64,000 nt of DNA from an uncultured Eubacteriales bacterium. GTDB taxonomy: Bacteria; Bacillota; Clostridia; Oscillospirales; CAG-272. Both the position numbers and the translations under genes were made by a program. Where the stretch lies: the NCBI GenBank assembly GCA_934402395.1, contig CAKRTQ010000006.1, forward strand, positions 16,964-80,963, in the 5' to 3' direction. The notes beneath the pieces were generated by a model. That model was not told the DNA's origin and did not search any database. It was given only the letters and a program-made list of their open reading frames with translations. Of this stretch, positions 17,720-26,053 are shown piece after piece (the first letter of the stretch is position 1; the number at the start of each line of letters is the position of its first letter).

Positions 17720-19847
17720 GGTGGCGGTAACGAAATCGAAGCTTGACGCGCTTGCCGCGCGCATAGGCGCAAAGGCCGGCAAGGCTTGTCCCATGACGAT
17801 AGCGCAAATGCAGGCGGCGGTCGACGGAATGGGGGCTTCCGCCTCCCCGCCGGTAACATACAATCAGGTGAATGCGGCGGCGGAGGGGTATCTTGCGGCG
17901 GCTGCGGGATACACGGCGGCGGATCGTTCGTCATCCGTCGTGGCGGCGTACGCCGCCGAGGCGCGTGCGGCGGACTATCGCGGGGATTCTCCCACGCCGG
18001 TCCCGCTCGTGCTTCCCGCGGGGCGTTTGTCACTACGGGACGCCTCGGGCGGTCAGCTCTCGGAGGTCGTGGCGGCTGGGGCGCGCGGGATATACGGCCT
18101 CACGCCCGGCACGGTCGGCGCGGACTACACCGTAGTCTCCCCGGCTTCCGGCGAGGTCGCCGCCTGCGGGCATATAACGCCCACCGGCGCGCTGCGCATG
18201 ATACGCGTCGGCACGACGCGTGAGGAGCATTCCCCGTGGAACATGCGCGACCTCGGCGGCTGGGCTTGCGACGGCGGCACCGTGCGCTACGGCAGGCTTT
18301 TGCGCGGCAGCGAGCTTGACGCGGGCACGTGGTACGGCACAGTCCTCGGCGACGGGGACAAGGCTGTCATGCGCGGGCTTTTAGGCATCCGCGAGGAGAT
18401 AGACCTGCGCACCGACACAGAAACGGCGGGGCGCACATCCTCCGCTGTCGGCGGCGGAGTAAAGTATTTTCATCACACCGTGCTGCCCTATGCCGACGGT
18501 GTGGCTGCGGGGGGAGCCGGGCTCGGCTACGCTCCGCTTCTGCGCGAGATATTCGACTGCGCGGTATCAGGGCGCACGGCGTACATCCACTGCGTAGGCG
18601 GAGCCGACCGCACAGGCACGGTCTGCGCCATTCTTGAGGCTCTGCTCGGCGTATCTCTGCCCGACATAGAAAAGGACTACGAGCTGACATCCTTCACGCC
18701 GCAATTCGGCACCGAGATCACGACGCGCACGCGCACGTCCGACGTCTGGGTCGGCTTTGTAAACTACATCGGCACGATGAGCGGCGCGACCTTCCGCGAC
18801 CGTGTGGTGAACTGGGCGGAGCGCATCGGCATCACGACAGACGAAATAAACGCGTTCCGTGCGGCGATGACCGACGGCACGCCCGCCCTTCTGACCTCTA
18901 CGGTCGCACCGGCGGCGGTCGGGCTGAGCCTTACGTCCGCCGTATCGGACAACACGGCGGCTGCGGCTGACCGCTACCGTCCCTACCGCGCGGTGATATC
19001 CCCGGCTCTGCCGCAGGGGTATGTCATCGGCTCGGTGGAAGTGAAAATGGGCGGAAAGGTGATAACGAGCTCGGTATGGCGCGGAACTCCGGCGGTGCGC
19101 CGCTTTGCCGTGAGCCTTGCCCTTACCGGCTGCACGTCCGGAAACACGCGCCGCACGGTGATAGAGGGGCAGTCCTACGCGGCTGTGATAACGGCATCGG
19201 CGGGATACCGTCTTGACGGCGCGCCGGTACAGGTAAAAATGGGAGGAACGGAAATGTCATCGACATATTACAAAAACGGCGTGATAGCCATCCCCTCGGT
19301 CACGGGGGACATTGAGATAACGGTAACTGCCGTGAGCACAGCCACGGCGTACACAAACCTGCTGCCGATATCGACCGATGCGTCGGGCGCGGTATACAAC
19401 GGCAAGGGCTTCAAGGAGCACACAGCCTTCGGCGAGACGGGCGCGGAGCTTGACCGAACCGGGAAATCCGACAGCTATGTAGCTGCGACCGGGTTCATTC
19501 CGATACCCGAGACCGAGAACCCGAACCTCGGACAGATCGCGGTGCGTATAGCGAATGCCGCCGTCGTGCTTGCGGCTGAGACGCGGCTTTGCTTTTACGA
19601 TTCGACCAAGGCTTTCCTCGGCATGGTATACGGCACGAATATGGTGACCGACGCCTCGACCGCGACGGCATCCACAAAGGTATTGGCGTACCTTGACAGC
19701 GAGAGCCACCTCGTAAAGTTCGACCCGAGCGTGCTTGCGAATTATTACCGCACGTCAAAGTCGAAGCCCGCGGCATATTTCCGCATTGCGGGCGCAGGCA
19801 TCGACGCCGATACCGTTATTACCGTGAATGAGGTGATAGAAGAATAA
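17712..19847 (+). CDS. phage tail-fibre-like protein with embedded tyrosine-phosphatase-like (Y_phosphatase3/HCX5R) domain
   Basis: Track ORF 17700..19847. ATG 17712 (GAGGTGG SD) overlaps the upstream stop as ATGGATAA. Fibre-type N-terminus MDKVAVTKSKLDALAARIGAKAGK. PTP-like region WNMRDLGGWACDGGTVRYGRLLRGSELD ... IHCVGGADRTGT (18588-18617). The C-terminal YTNLLPISTDASGAVYNGKGF domain is typical of receptor-binding tips. Confidence 0.65.
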   Translation: MDKVAVTKSKLDALAARIGAKAGKACPMTIAQMQAAVDGMGASASPPVTYNQVNAAAEGYLAAAAGYTAADRSSSVVAAYAAEARAADYRGDSPTPVPLVLPAGRLSLRDASGGQLSEVVAAGARGIYGLTPGTVGADYTVVSPASGEVAACGHITPTGALRMIRVGTTREEHSPWNMRDLGGWACDGGTVRYGRLLRGSELDAGTWYGTVLGDGDKAVMRGLLGIREEIDLRTDTETAGRTSSAVGGGVKYFHHTVLPYADGVAAGGAGLGYAPLLREIFDCAVSGRTAYIHCVGGADRTGTVCAILEALLGVSLPDIEKDYELTSFTPQFGTEITTRTRTSDVWVGFVNYIGTMSGATFRDRVVNWAERIGITTDEINAFRAAMTDGTPALLTSTVAPAAVGLSLTSAVSDNTAAAADRYRPYRAVISPALPQGYVIGSVEVKMGGKVITSSVWRGTPAVRRFAVSLALTGCTSGNTRRTVIEGQSYAAVITASAGYRLDGAPVQVKMGGTEMSSTYYKNGVIAIPSVTGDIEITVTAVSTATAYTNLLPISTDASGAVYNGKGFKEHTAFGETGAELDRTGKSDSYVAATGFIPIPETENPNLGQIAVRIANAAVVLAAETRLCFYDSTKAFLGMVYGTNMVTDASTATASTKVLAYLDSESHLVKFDPSVLANYYRTSKSKPAAYFRIAGAGIDADTVITVNEVIEE

Positions 19848-19854
19848 TCAAAAC

Positions 19855-19893
19855 GGGGCTGTTAAAAACTCATAATGAGTTTTTAACAGCCCC
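19855..19893. repeat. 39-nt perfect palindrome repeat, copy 3 (probable bidirectional terminator)
   Basis: GGGGCTGTTAAAAACTCA-taa-TGAGTTTTTAACAGCCCC lies between convergent genes ending at 19847 and 19901. Confidence 0.8.
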
Positions 19894-19900
19894 GGAAATC

Positions 19901-20578
19901 TCAATTCTCTTTTTTGCCGTAATAGCGCTTACGGTAATATCCGCCTTCCCTGTATGACACAAAATTGCGCACCACACCGAGGACACGGCAATCGCTCTTG
20001 CGCAGCTGCTCAACCGTCCCCTGAAGCTGGCGGTAATGCGTATTGGCATTTCCGATGACCAGGATCATTCCGTCGCACTGCGTGGCAATAACGGATGCAT
20101 CTATAACGCGGCCGAGCGGCGGCGTGTCAATGAAAATGTAGTCGTAAAAATCCCTTACCGCGCTTATTATTGATGAAAAATACTTTCCGCTGAGAAGCTC
20201 GACCGGATTCGGCGGATATTTGCCCGCAACGAACAAATCAAGCCCCTCATACTGCGTTGAATAAATGCAGTTGTCAAGCGTGGTAAGACCGGTAAGGACC
20301 TCGGAAAGCCCCTTGGCATTTTTTACGTTTGCATTGCGGCCCGCCATTACGGACTTGCGCATATCGGCATCTATGACCAGCACCTTCTTGCCGAGCTCTG
20401 AAAAGCTCTTACCTATTCCGAGGCACACGGTGGATTTGCCCTCATTTTCACCGTAACTGGTAAGACCTATGACCTTGAGGTCCTTGCCGCAGAACTGGAT
20501 ATTCGTTCTCAGTGTCTTATAAGCCTCTTCGACAATAAAATTGTCGTCGCCCGGCATTGTGATATTTATTTTTTCCAT
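19901..20578 (-). CDS. CpsD/CapB-family tyrosine-protein kinase (BY-kinase catalytic subunit)
   Basis: Walker A GENEGKST, Walker A' VLVIDADMRKS, Walker B IFIDTPP and a C-terminal Tyr cluster VSYREGGYYRKRYYGKK. Confidence 0.9.
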   Translation of the reverse strand: MEKINITMPGDDNFIVEEAYKTLRTNIQFCGKDLKVIGLTSYGENEGKSTVCLGIGKSFSELGKKVLVIDADMRKSVMAGRNANVKNAKGLSEVLTGLTTLDNCIYSTQYEGLDLFVAGKYPPNPVELLSGKYFSSIISAVRDFYDYIFIDTPPLGRVIDASVIATQCDGMILVIGNANTHYRQLQGTVEQLRKSDCRVLGVVRNFVSYREGGYYRKRYYGKKEN

Positions 20579-20581
20579 TTT

Positions 20582-21337
20582 TCAGCTTCCCTTCTTGCCG
20601 CTCGTGCCGGAATGTCTCCCGTATGAATAATATCCGCCCTTCTGTGCGGTGTTGGCATTCGGAATTTCTCCGAGAACGCTGAGTCCGAGATACTTTCTTA
20701 CATCGTCATCAGAGCGTATACCGTCGTCCAGTATATATATGAGCAGGAAAACGACATACATCACAACAGCGGTCAGCAGCCAGACAAGCAGATAAAGCGC
20801 CTTGCCGGTGCGGTTGCACGGCTCGCTGTCAATGATCCCGTACTCGCTTATATTGACCTGCGCAAAGCCCATGTCTTCTTTGATCTTTTCGGCTCCCACG
20901 GTGCATATGCTGTCAACTATTGATTTTGCCAGCTCGGGTGAATCCGCCTCGACAGTGACCTCGAGAATACGCGTGTTTGCGGGATTCGACGTTGACACGC
21001 TGCGCTTCAGCTTTTCATAGGGGATGTCAAGTCCCACTTCCTCACTCACCTTATCAAGCACAGAGTGCATTTTAAGAATATACGTGCAGTCGTTAACAAC
21101 ATTGAGCGCGAGCGAAAAGTCGCTTGCCACGGCGCCGCCGGTATTTCCTTCGTCATTCTGACGCAGAATGTAAAGCGTGGCGGTGGACTGATAGCGCGGA
21201 ACGAATGTCACCTTTTTTACAAGCGCCAGTACGCCCGTCACCAATGTGGCAACAAGTAAAATAACAACGGAATATTTCAAAAATATATTTCCGATATCCT
21301 TGAGAGTTATCGTTTTAACTGAAGAATCGTAGTCCAT
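20582..21337 (-). CDS. wzz: Wzz/CpsC-type polysaccharide chain-length determinant (BY-kinase transmembrane activator)
   Basis: Two TM helices flank a periplasmic-type domain. It sits immediately upstream of the BY-kinase (3-nt gap). The Wzz N-terminal motif is present (FLKYSVVILLVATLVTGVLALVKKVTFVPRYQSTATL). Confidence 0.85.
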   Translation of the reverse strand: MDYDSSVKTITLKDIGNIFLKYSVVILLVATLVTGVLALVKKVTFVPRYQSTATLYILRQNDEGNTGGAVASDFSLALNVVNDCTYILKMHSVLDKVSEEVGLDIPYEKLKRSVSTSNPANTRILEVTVEADSPELAKSIVDSICTVGAEKIKEDMGFAQVNISEYGIIDSEPCNRTGKALYLLVWLLTAVVMYVVFLLIYILDDGIRSDDDVRKYLGLSVLGEIPNANTAQKGGYYSYGRHSGTSGKKGS

Positions 21338-21397
21338 ACTATGGAGTTCCTTTCGTATTACACGTTTTCGGTTTCCGGCGCGGTGTCAGGCCGGATG

Positions 21398-22588
21398 TCA
21401 TTTTTTACGCCAGACCATACGGTCGACAATACCGGTATAGCTCTGAATGATCCTGACCACACGCGCGGATACGTCGCGGCACATATAATCCGCCACGGGT
21501 GTTCCCGCGGAGCCCTCACGGTTCAGCTCCACCGCCGTATCCACAGCGCACAGGAGCGACCTCTCATCTATACCCGCCAGCACGAAGCAGCCCGTATCGA
21601 GCGCTTCGGGGCGTTCGGTAGAGGTCCTGATGCACACTGCCGGAAAAGGATGCCCTATGCTTGTGAAAAAGCTCGACTCCTCGGGCAGAGTGCCCGAATC
21701 GGACACAACGGCAAAGGCGTTCATCTGCAGGCAGTTGTAATCATGAAAGCCGAGCGGCTCATGGCGTATCACCCGGCGGTCAAGCGTAAATCCGCTTTCA
21801 TCAAGCCGCTTTTTTGACCTCGGATGGCAAGAGTAGAGCACGGGAAGATCGTATTTCTCCGCCATTGCGTTTATTGCGCCGAACAACGAACAAAAATTCT
21901 GTTCGGTATCGATATTTTCCTCTCTGTGGGCGGAAAGAAGGATGTATCTGCCTTTTTCAAGTCCCAGACGCTCGTGTATGTCGCTTGCCATTATACCGTC
22001 AAGATTTGCACCCAGCACCTCAGCCATAGGCGAACCTGTCACATATGTCCGTTCCGGCGGCAGCCCGCACTCGGCGAGATAACGCCGCGCGTGCTCGGAA
22101 TACGCCATATTCACATCCGAAATTATATCCACTATCCTGCGGTTGGTTTCCTCCGGCAGGCATTCGTCCTTGCACCTGTTGCCCGCCTCCATGTGGAATA
22201 TCGGGATATGCAGACGTTTGGCGGGTATTGCGCTGAGGCATGAGTTCGTATCGCCGAGGATAAGCAGTGCCTCCGGCTTTATTGCCTCCATAAGCTTGTA
22301 CGAACAGTTTATGATATTTCCGACTGTTGCTCCGAGATCGTCGCCGACCGCGTTCATGGAAACATCCGGCGGGTCAAGCTCAAGGTCGTGAAAGAAAACG
22401 CCGTTCAGGTTATAATCGTAATTCTGCCCTGTATGGGCAAGTATGCAGTCAAAATATCTGCGGCATTTTTTTATCACCGCCGAAAGACGTATGATCTCGG
22501 GTCGCGTGCCCACGATTATAAGCAGCCGCAGTCTGCCGTCGTTTTTGAAATGAATATCGGAATAGTCAAGCTTTATATCCATCATCAC
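21398..22588 (-). CDS. fnlC: UDP-N-acetylglucosamine 2-epimerase (non-hydrolysing), FnlC/CapG type
   Basis: LLIIVGTRPEIIRLSAVIKKC..., 396 aa. It is the last gene of the capE-capF-capG-like triad, and an ATGA overlap couples it to the upstream gene. Confidence 0.88.
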   Translation of the reverse strand: MMMDIKLDYSDIHFKNDGRLRLLIIVGTRPEIIRLSAVIKKCRRYFDCILAHTGQNYDYNLNGVFFHDLELDPPDVSMNAVGDDLGATVGNIINCSYKLMEAIKPEALLILGDTNSCLSAIPAKRLHIPIFHMEAGNRCKDECLPEETNRRIVDIISDVNMAYSEHARRYLAECGLPPERTYVTGSPMAEVLGANLDGIMASDIHERLGLEKGRYILLSAHREENIDTEQNFCSLFGAINAMAEKYDLPVLYSCHPRSKKRLDESGFTLDRRVIRHEPLGFHDYNCLQMNAFAVVSDSGTLPEESSFFTSIGHPFPAVCIRTSTERPEALDTGCFVLAGIDERSLLCAVDTAVELNREGSAGTPVADYMCRDVSARVVRIIQSYTGIVDRMVWRKK

Positions 22589-23748
22589 ACCACCTCTCCG
22601 AATGTGTCGGGATGCGTGGGGTCAAAGCACTCGTTTGCCCACATTACGGTAACAAGATCTTCTGTGTCGCTGAGATTGACTATGCTGTGCGTGTATCCCG
22701 GCAGCATATGCACAGCCTCGATCCGGTCGCCGCTGACCTCAAATTCAAGCACCTCGTCGCTCCCCACGCGCCGTTCACGTATCAGTCCGTGCCCGGAAAC
22801 AACAATAAATAACTCCCATTTGGAATTATGCCAGTGCTGCCCCTTTGTGATACCGGGCTTTGATATATTGACCGAAAACTGACCGCATTTCGGTGTTTTC
22901 AGCAGCTCGGTGAAGGAGCCTCTCCCGTCGCAGTTCATTCGGAGCGGAAAGGCAACCGCCTCTGCGGGAAGATATGAAAGATATGTGCTGTACAGCTTTT
23001 TTTCAAAACTGCCGTCCGGTATTTCGGGCAGCATGAGAGTACGCGGCTGCGCCCGGAATCCTTCAAGCAGTGACACGACTCTGCCGAGCGTTACGCGGTA
23101 AGACACCGGAACGCGGCAGAAGCGTCCGTCACGGCATTCGCGTCCCGACAGCGCATCAAGCATTTCCGCAACAAGATCGTCAATATAGACAAGCTCAAGC
23201 TCGGTCGCAGGATCATCCACGCGGATCGGCAGGTCGCGCGCAATATTGTGACAGAATGTTGCAATAACGCTGTTGTAGTTCGGGCGGCACCATTTGCCGA
23301 AAAGATTCGGGAACCGATACACAAGCACACGCGCGCCGGTTGCCTCGGCATAGCGGAAAAACAGCTCCTCGCCCGCTTTTTTGGACCTGCCGTACTCGCT
23401 GCCCGCGTACCTTCCCTCAAGGCTCGCCTGGACCGAGCTTGAAAGCATAACGGGGCATATGTTTTTGTGCGCGGCAAGACGCTCAAGCAGGCATTCCGCA
23501 AAGTCCGCGTTGCCCTTCATAAAGTCTGCGGGGTCACGCGGGCGATTCACACCCGCAAGGTTGAACACAAAATCCGCCCTGCGGCAAAACTCATCAAGCG
23601 CATCATGCGGCGTGTCGGTATCGTATTCGAAAATTTCATCGATCTTCAGTCCGGGACGGGTCCTGTCCTTGCCGTCGCGCAGATTTGCCAATGCCGCGCA
23701 AAGATTTTTACCGACAAATCCCGCCGAACCGGTAACAAGTATGTTCAT
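22585..23748 (-). CDS. fnlB: CapF/FnlB-type bifunctional reductase/epimerase (SDR N-domain plus cupin C-domain)
   Basis: MNILVTGSAGFVGKNL Rossmann motif. A C-terminal cupin region (GITKGQHWHNSKWELFIVVSGHGLIRER) resembles S. aureus CapF. Confidence 0.85.
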   Translation of the reverse strand: MNILVTGSAGFVGKNLCAALANLRDGKDRTRPGLKIDEIFEYDTDTPHDALDEFCRRADFVFNLAGVNRPRDPADFMKGNADFAECLLERLAAHKNICPVMLSSSVQASLEGRYAGSEYGRSKKAGEELFFRYAEATGARVLVYRFPNLFGKWCRPNYNSVIATFCHNIARDLPIRVDDPATELELVYIDDLVAEMLDALSGRECRDGRFCRVPVSYRVTLGRVVSLLEGFRAQPRTLMLPEIPDGSFEKKLYSTYLSYLPAEAVAFPLRMNCDGRGSFTELLKTPKCGQFSVNISKPGITKGQHWHNSKWELFIVVSGHGLIRERRVGSDEVLEFEVSGDRIEAVHMLPGYTHSIVNLSDTEDLVTVMWANECFDPTHPDTFGEVV

Positions 23749-23749
23749 A

Positions 23750-24790
23750 TTACCTCTCCCAACGTCCGAGGACGTCCTTTATATAATCAAGCGATGCTAT
23801 TCTCTCTTTTACTTCGTCAACACCGAGCATACGGGTGTTATTGGAATTGAATTCGGCAGAGGTGTTGCGGTTCTCATCTCCGTCCCTGAAATATTTGTCA
23901 TAATTCAGTCCGCGCGTATCGGCAGGCACACGGAAAAAGCCGCCCATGTCTATCGCTCTTGAGCACTCCTCGTTTGTAAGGAGTGTTTCGTACATTTTTT
24001 CGCCGTGGCGTATGCCTATGATCCTGATATCGGACGGGGATGCCCCAAACAGCTCGCACACCGCCTCCGCCTGCGTGCCGATCGTACAAGCAGGCGCCTT
24101 CTGGATCAGCAGATCGCCGTTTTCTCCGTGCTCAAAAGCAAAAAGGACAAGATCGACCGCTTCGTCAAGCGACATTATAAAGCGCGTCATACCCGGTTCG
24201 GTCACCGTGATCGGGTCGCCGTTTTTTATCTGGTCTATCCACAGCGGGATCACAGACCCGCGCGAACACATAACATTTCCGTAGCGGGTGCAGCATATGC
24301 GCGTTTTTCCCGAATGGCGCGATTTTGCGACAGCGACTTTTTCTTCAAGCGCCTTTGTGATGCCCATTGCGCTTATGGGATATGCAGCCTTGTCGGTGGA
24401 AAGGCAGATAACGCACTCCACGCCCGCATCTATCGCGGCGCTCAGCACGTTATCGGTACCGATAACGTTGGTCCTGACCGCCTCCATCGGAAAGAACTCA
24501 CACGACGGCACCTGCTTCAGCGCCGCAGCGTGAAAAATATAGTCAACACCGTGCATTGCATCCCGCACCGAGTCGATGTTACGCACGTCTCCGATATAAA
24601 ACTTGATCTTATCAGCAAATTCGGGCATTTTTGCCTGAAATTCGTGCCGCATAGTATCCTGCTTCTTCTCATCGCGCGAGAAAATGCGTATCTCCCCTAT
24701 GTCGGTGCGGAGGAACCTGTTCAGTACGGCATTTCCGAACGACCCGGTACCGCCGGTTATAAGCAGCGTTTTGTTCGTAAAAAGATTCAT
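23750..24790 (-). CDS. fnlA: UDP-N-acetylglucosamine 4,6-dehydratase/5-epimerase, FnlA/CapE type
   Basis: KTLLITGGTGSFGNAVLNRFLRTDIGEIRIFSRDEKKQDTM is close to CapE/FnlA N-termini. 346 aa. Confidence 0.9.
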   Translation of the reverse strand: MNLFTNKTLLITGGTGSFGNAVLNRFLRTDIGEIRIFSRDEKKQDTMRHEFQAKMPEFADKIKFYIGDVRNIDSVRDAMHGVDYIFHAAALKQVPSCEFFPMEAVRTNVIGTDNVLSAAIDAGVECVICLSTDKAAYPISAMGITKALEEKVAVAKSRHSGKTRICCTRYGNVMCSRGSVIPLWIDQIKNGDPITVTEPGMTRFIMSLDEAVDLVLFAFEHGENGDLLIQKAPACTIGTQAEAVCELFGASPSDIRIIGIRHGEKMYETLLTNEECSRAIDMGGFFRVPADTRGLNYDKYFRDGDENRNTSAEFNSNNTRMLGVDEVKERIASLDYIKDVLGRWER

Positions 24791-24805
24791 TTTTATGACC
24801 GTTCC

Positions 24806-26041
24806 TTATTTCATTGTCGCGCGTGTCAGATATGTGACACCGTATTTTTCATCCGTTTCGCAGCTGCGCCATTCCGAGGCATCAATGAGAAAGTCGCCTC
24901 TCTCATCTGCTGTTTTCATGACCGCACGCCGCAGCTTTGATATCCGCCGCGCAAGTGCTGCCCTTTGCAGCACGTTCAGATACGGGCGCAATTTTTTTGT
25001 AATGGCAGCGGTGTCTGCGCGCAAGAGTCTTTCCGCCGTCGCCGTGTCAAGATGCTGCCTTGCCACCCTGCCGCGCCTGTCAACAAAGGGAGCGCACCCG
25101 GAAAGCGCGCGTCCTATGCCGCATGACGGAAAGAACGCCGTGGGATTATCGTTGTCAAAAGCACAGACGGAAAGCCTGCCGTTTTCATCTTTTAAGACAT
25201 TGTAGTTGTTCGGACCGTGGTCCGGCTGGCAGGAGAGCACGTCAAGCAGGTTGAGATCGGTCAGCGCGCACGCCAGCGCGCCGTCCGGAGCGACTTCGGC
25301 ATCCAACATTCTCATTCCCGGCACAGCCGGACAAAGCAGACCGAGCATACAGCCCTCGCCCGTGACATCTATAATGCACCACTGCGCATCGGCTATAAGG
25401 TGAGAGAGCCCCATTTCCTCGGCGAGGACGCGGGATGCAAGCGTTCTTACGGAGCCGAAAAACGAATGCCCCTCTCCTCGAGCCACACGCAGCGTGCGGA
25501 AAGTAATCGCCGACGAGCGCATATACCAGAGAAAATATATCCCGATATCGGAAAGCCCATCCGGCATATCGCCGAACCCAAAGGCATCAAAAAGATTCGC
25601 ATTGTTTCTTGTTGCGCCGTTCCAGATGGAAAAACCCATTCTGTCGGCAATTGCATCGGCACCTGCCATAGTACCGAAGAATCTGCGCATTCCGCGCTTT
25701 TTATTTACGTATTCCGCAAATCCCGATATTTCGGCACCCGAAAAATCAAGTTTTATCGGCATCTCCTGACCGAAATTTTCACTTGGTATGCCTATGCGCC
25801 CAAGCGTTGAAAAAAAACGTTTGATGCGGCAGTCGAAGAATTCATCCCGGGGCATGAGCACGGGACATTCCCTGAAATAATACGACCTGCCGGCTCGGCG
25901 GAATGAAATTATCGGATTTGTTGACAGACTGAAATATGAGAGTTCGTTCCCGTTGAGCGCGATGCGCACGGGGACAAGCCCGGATTCGTCAATGTATTTG
26001 GATGTAAGGCTGTACGCCAGCCTGCGCAGCGTCCGCTTCAA
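24806..26041 (-). CDS. uncharacterised protein of the capsule operon with a kinase-catalytic-loop-like motif
   Basis: 411-aa ORF tightly packed in the operon (gaps of 12 and 15 nt). I recognise no family. Local motif LLDVLSCQPDHGPNNYNVL...VCAFDNDNPTAF (25133-25258). Confidence 0.6.
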   Translation of the reverse strand: MKRTLRRLAYSLTSKYIDESGLVPVRIALNGNELSYFSLSTNPIISFRRAGRSYYFRECPVLMPRDEFFDCRIKRFFSTLGRIGIPSENFGQEMPIKLDFSGAEISGFAEYVNKKRGMRRFFGTMAGADAIADRMGFSIWNGATRNNANLFDAFGFGDMPDGLSDIGIYFLWYMRSSAITFRTLRVARGEGHSFFGSVRTLASRVLAEEMGLSHLIADAQWCIIDVTGEGCMLGLLCPAVPGMRMLDAEVAPDGALACALTDLNLLDVLSCQPDHGPNNYNVLKDENGRLSVCAFDNDNPTAFFPSCGIGRALSGCAPFVDRRGRVARQHLDTATAERLLRADTAAITKKLRPYLNVLQRAALARRISKLRRAVMKTADERGDFLIDASEWRSCETDEKYGVTYLTRATMK

Positions 26042-26053
26042 GTCTGTCTCCTC

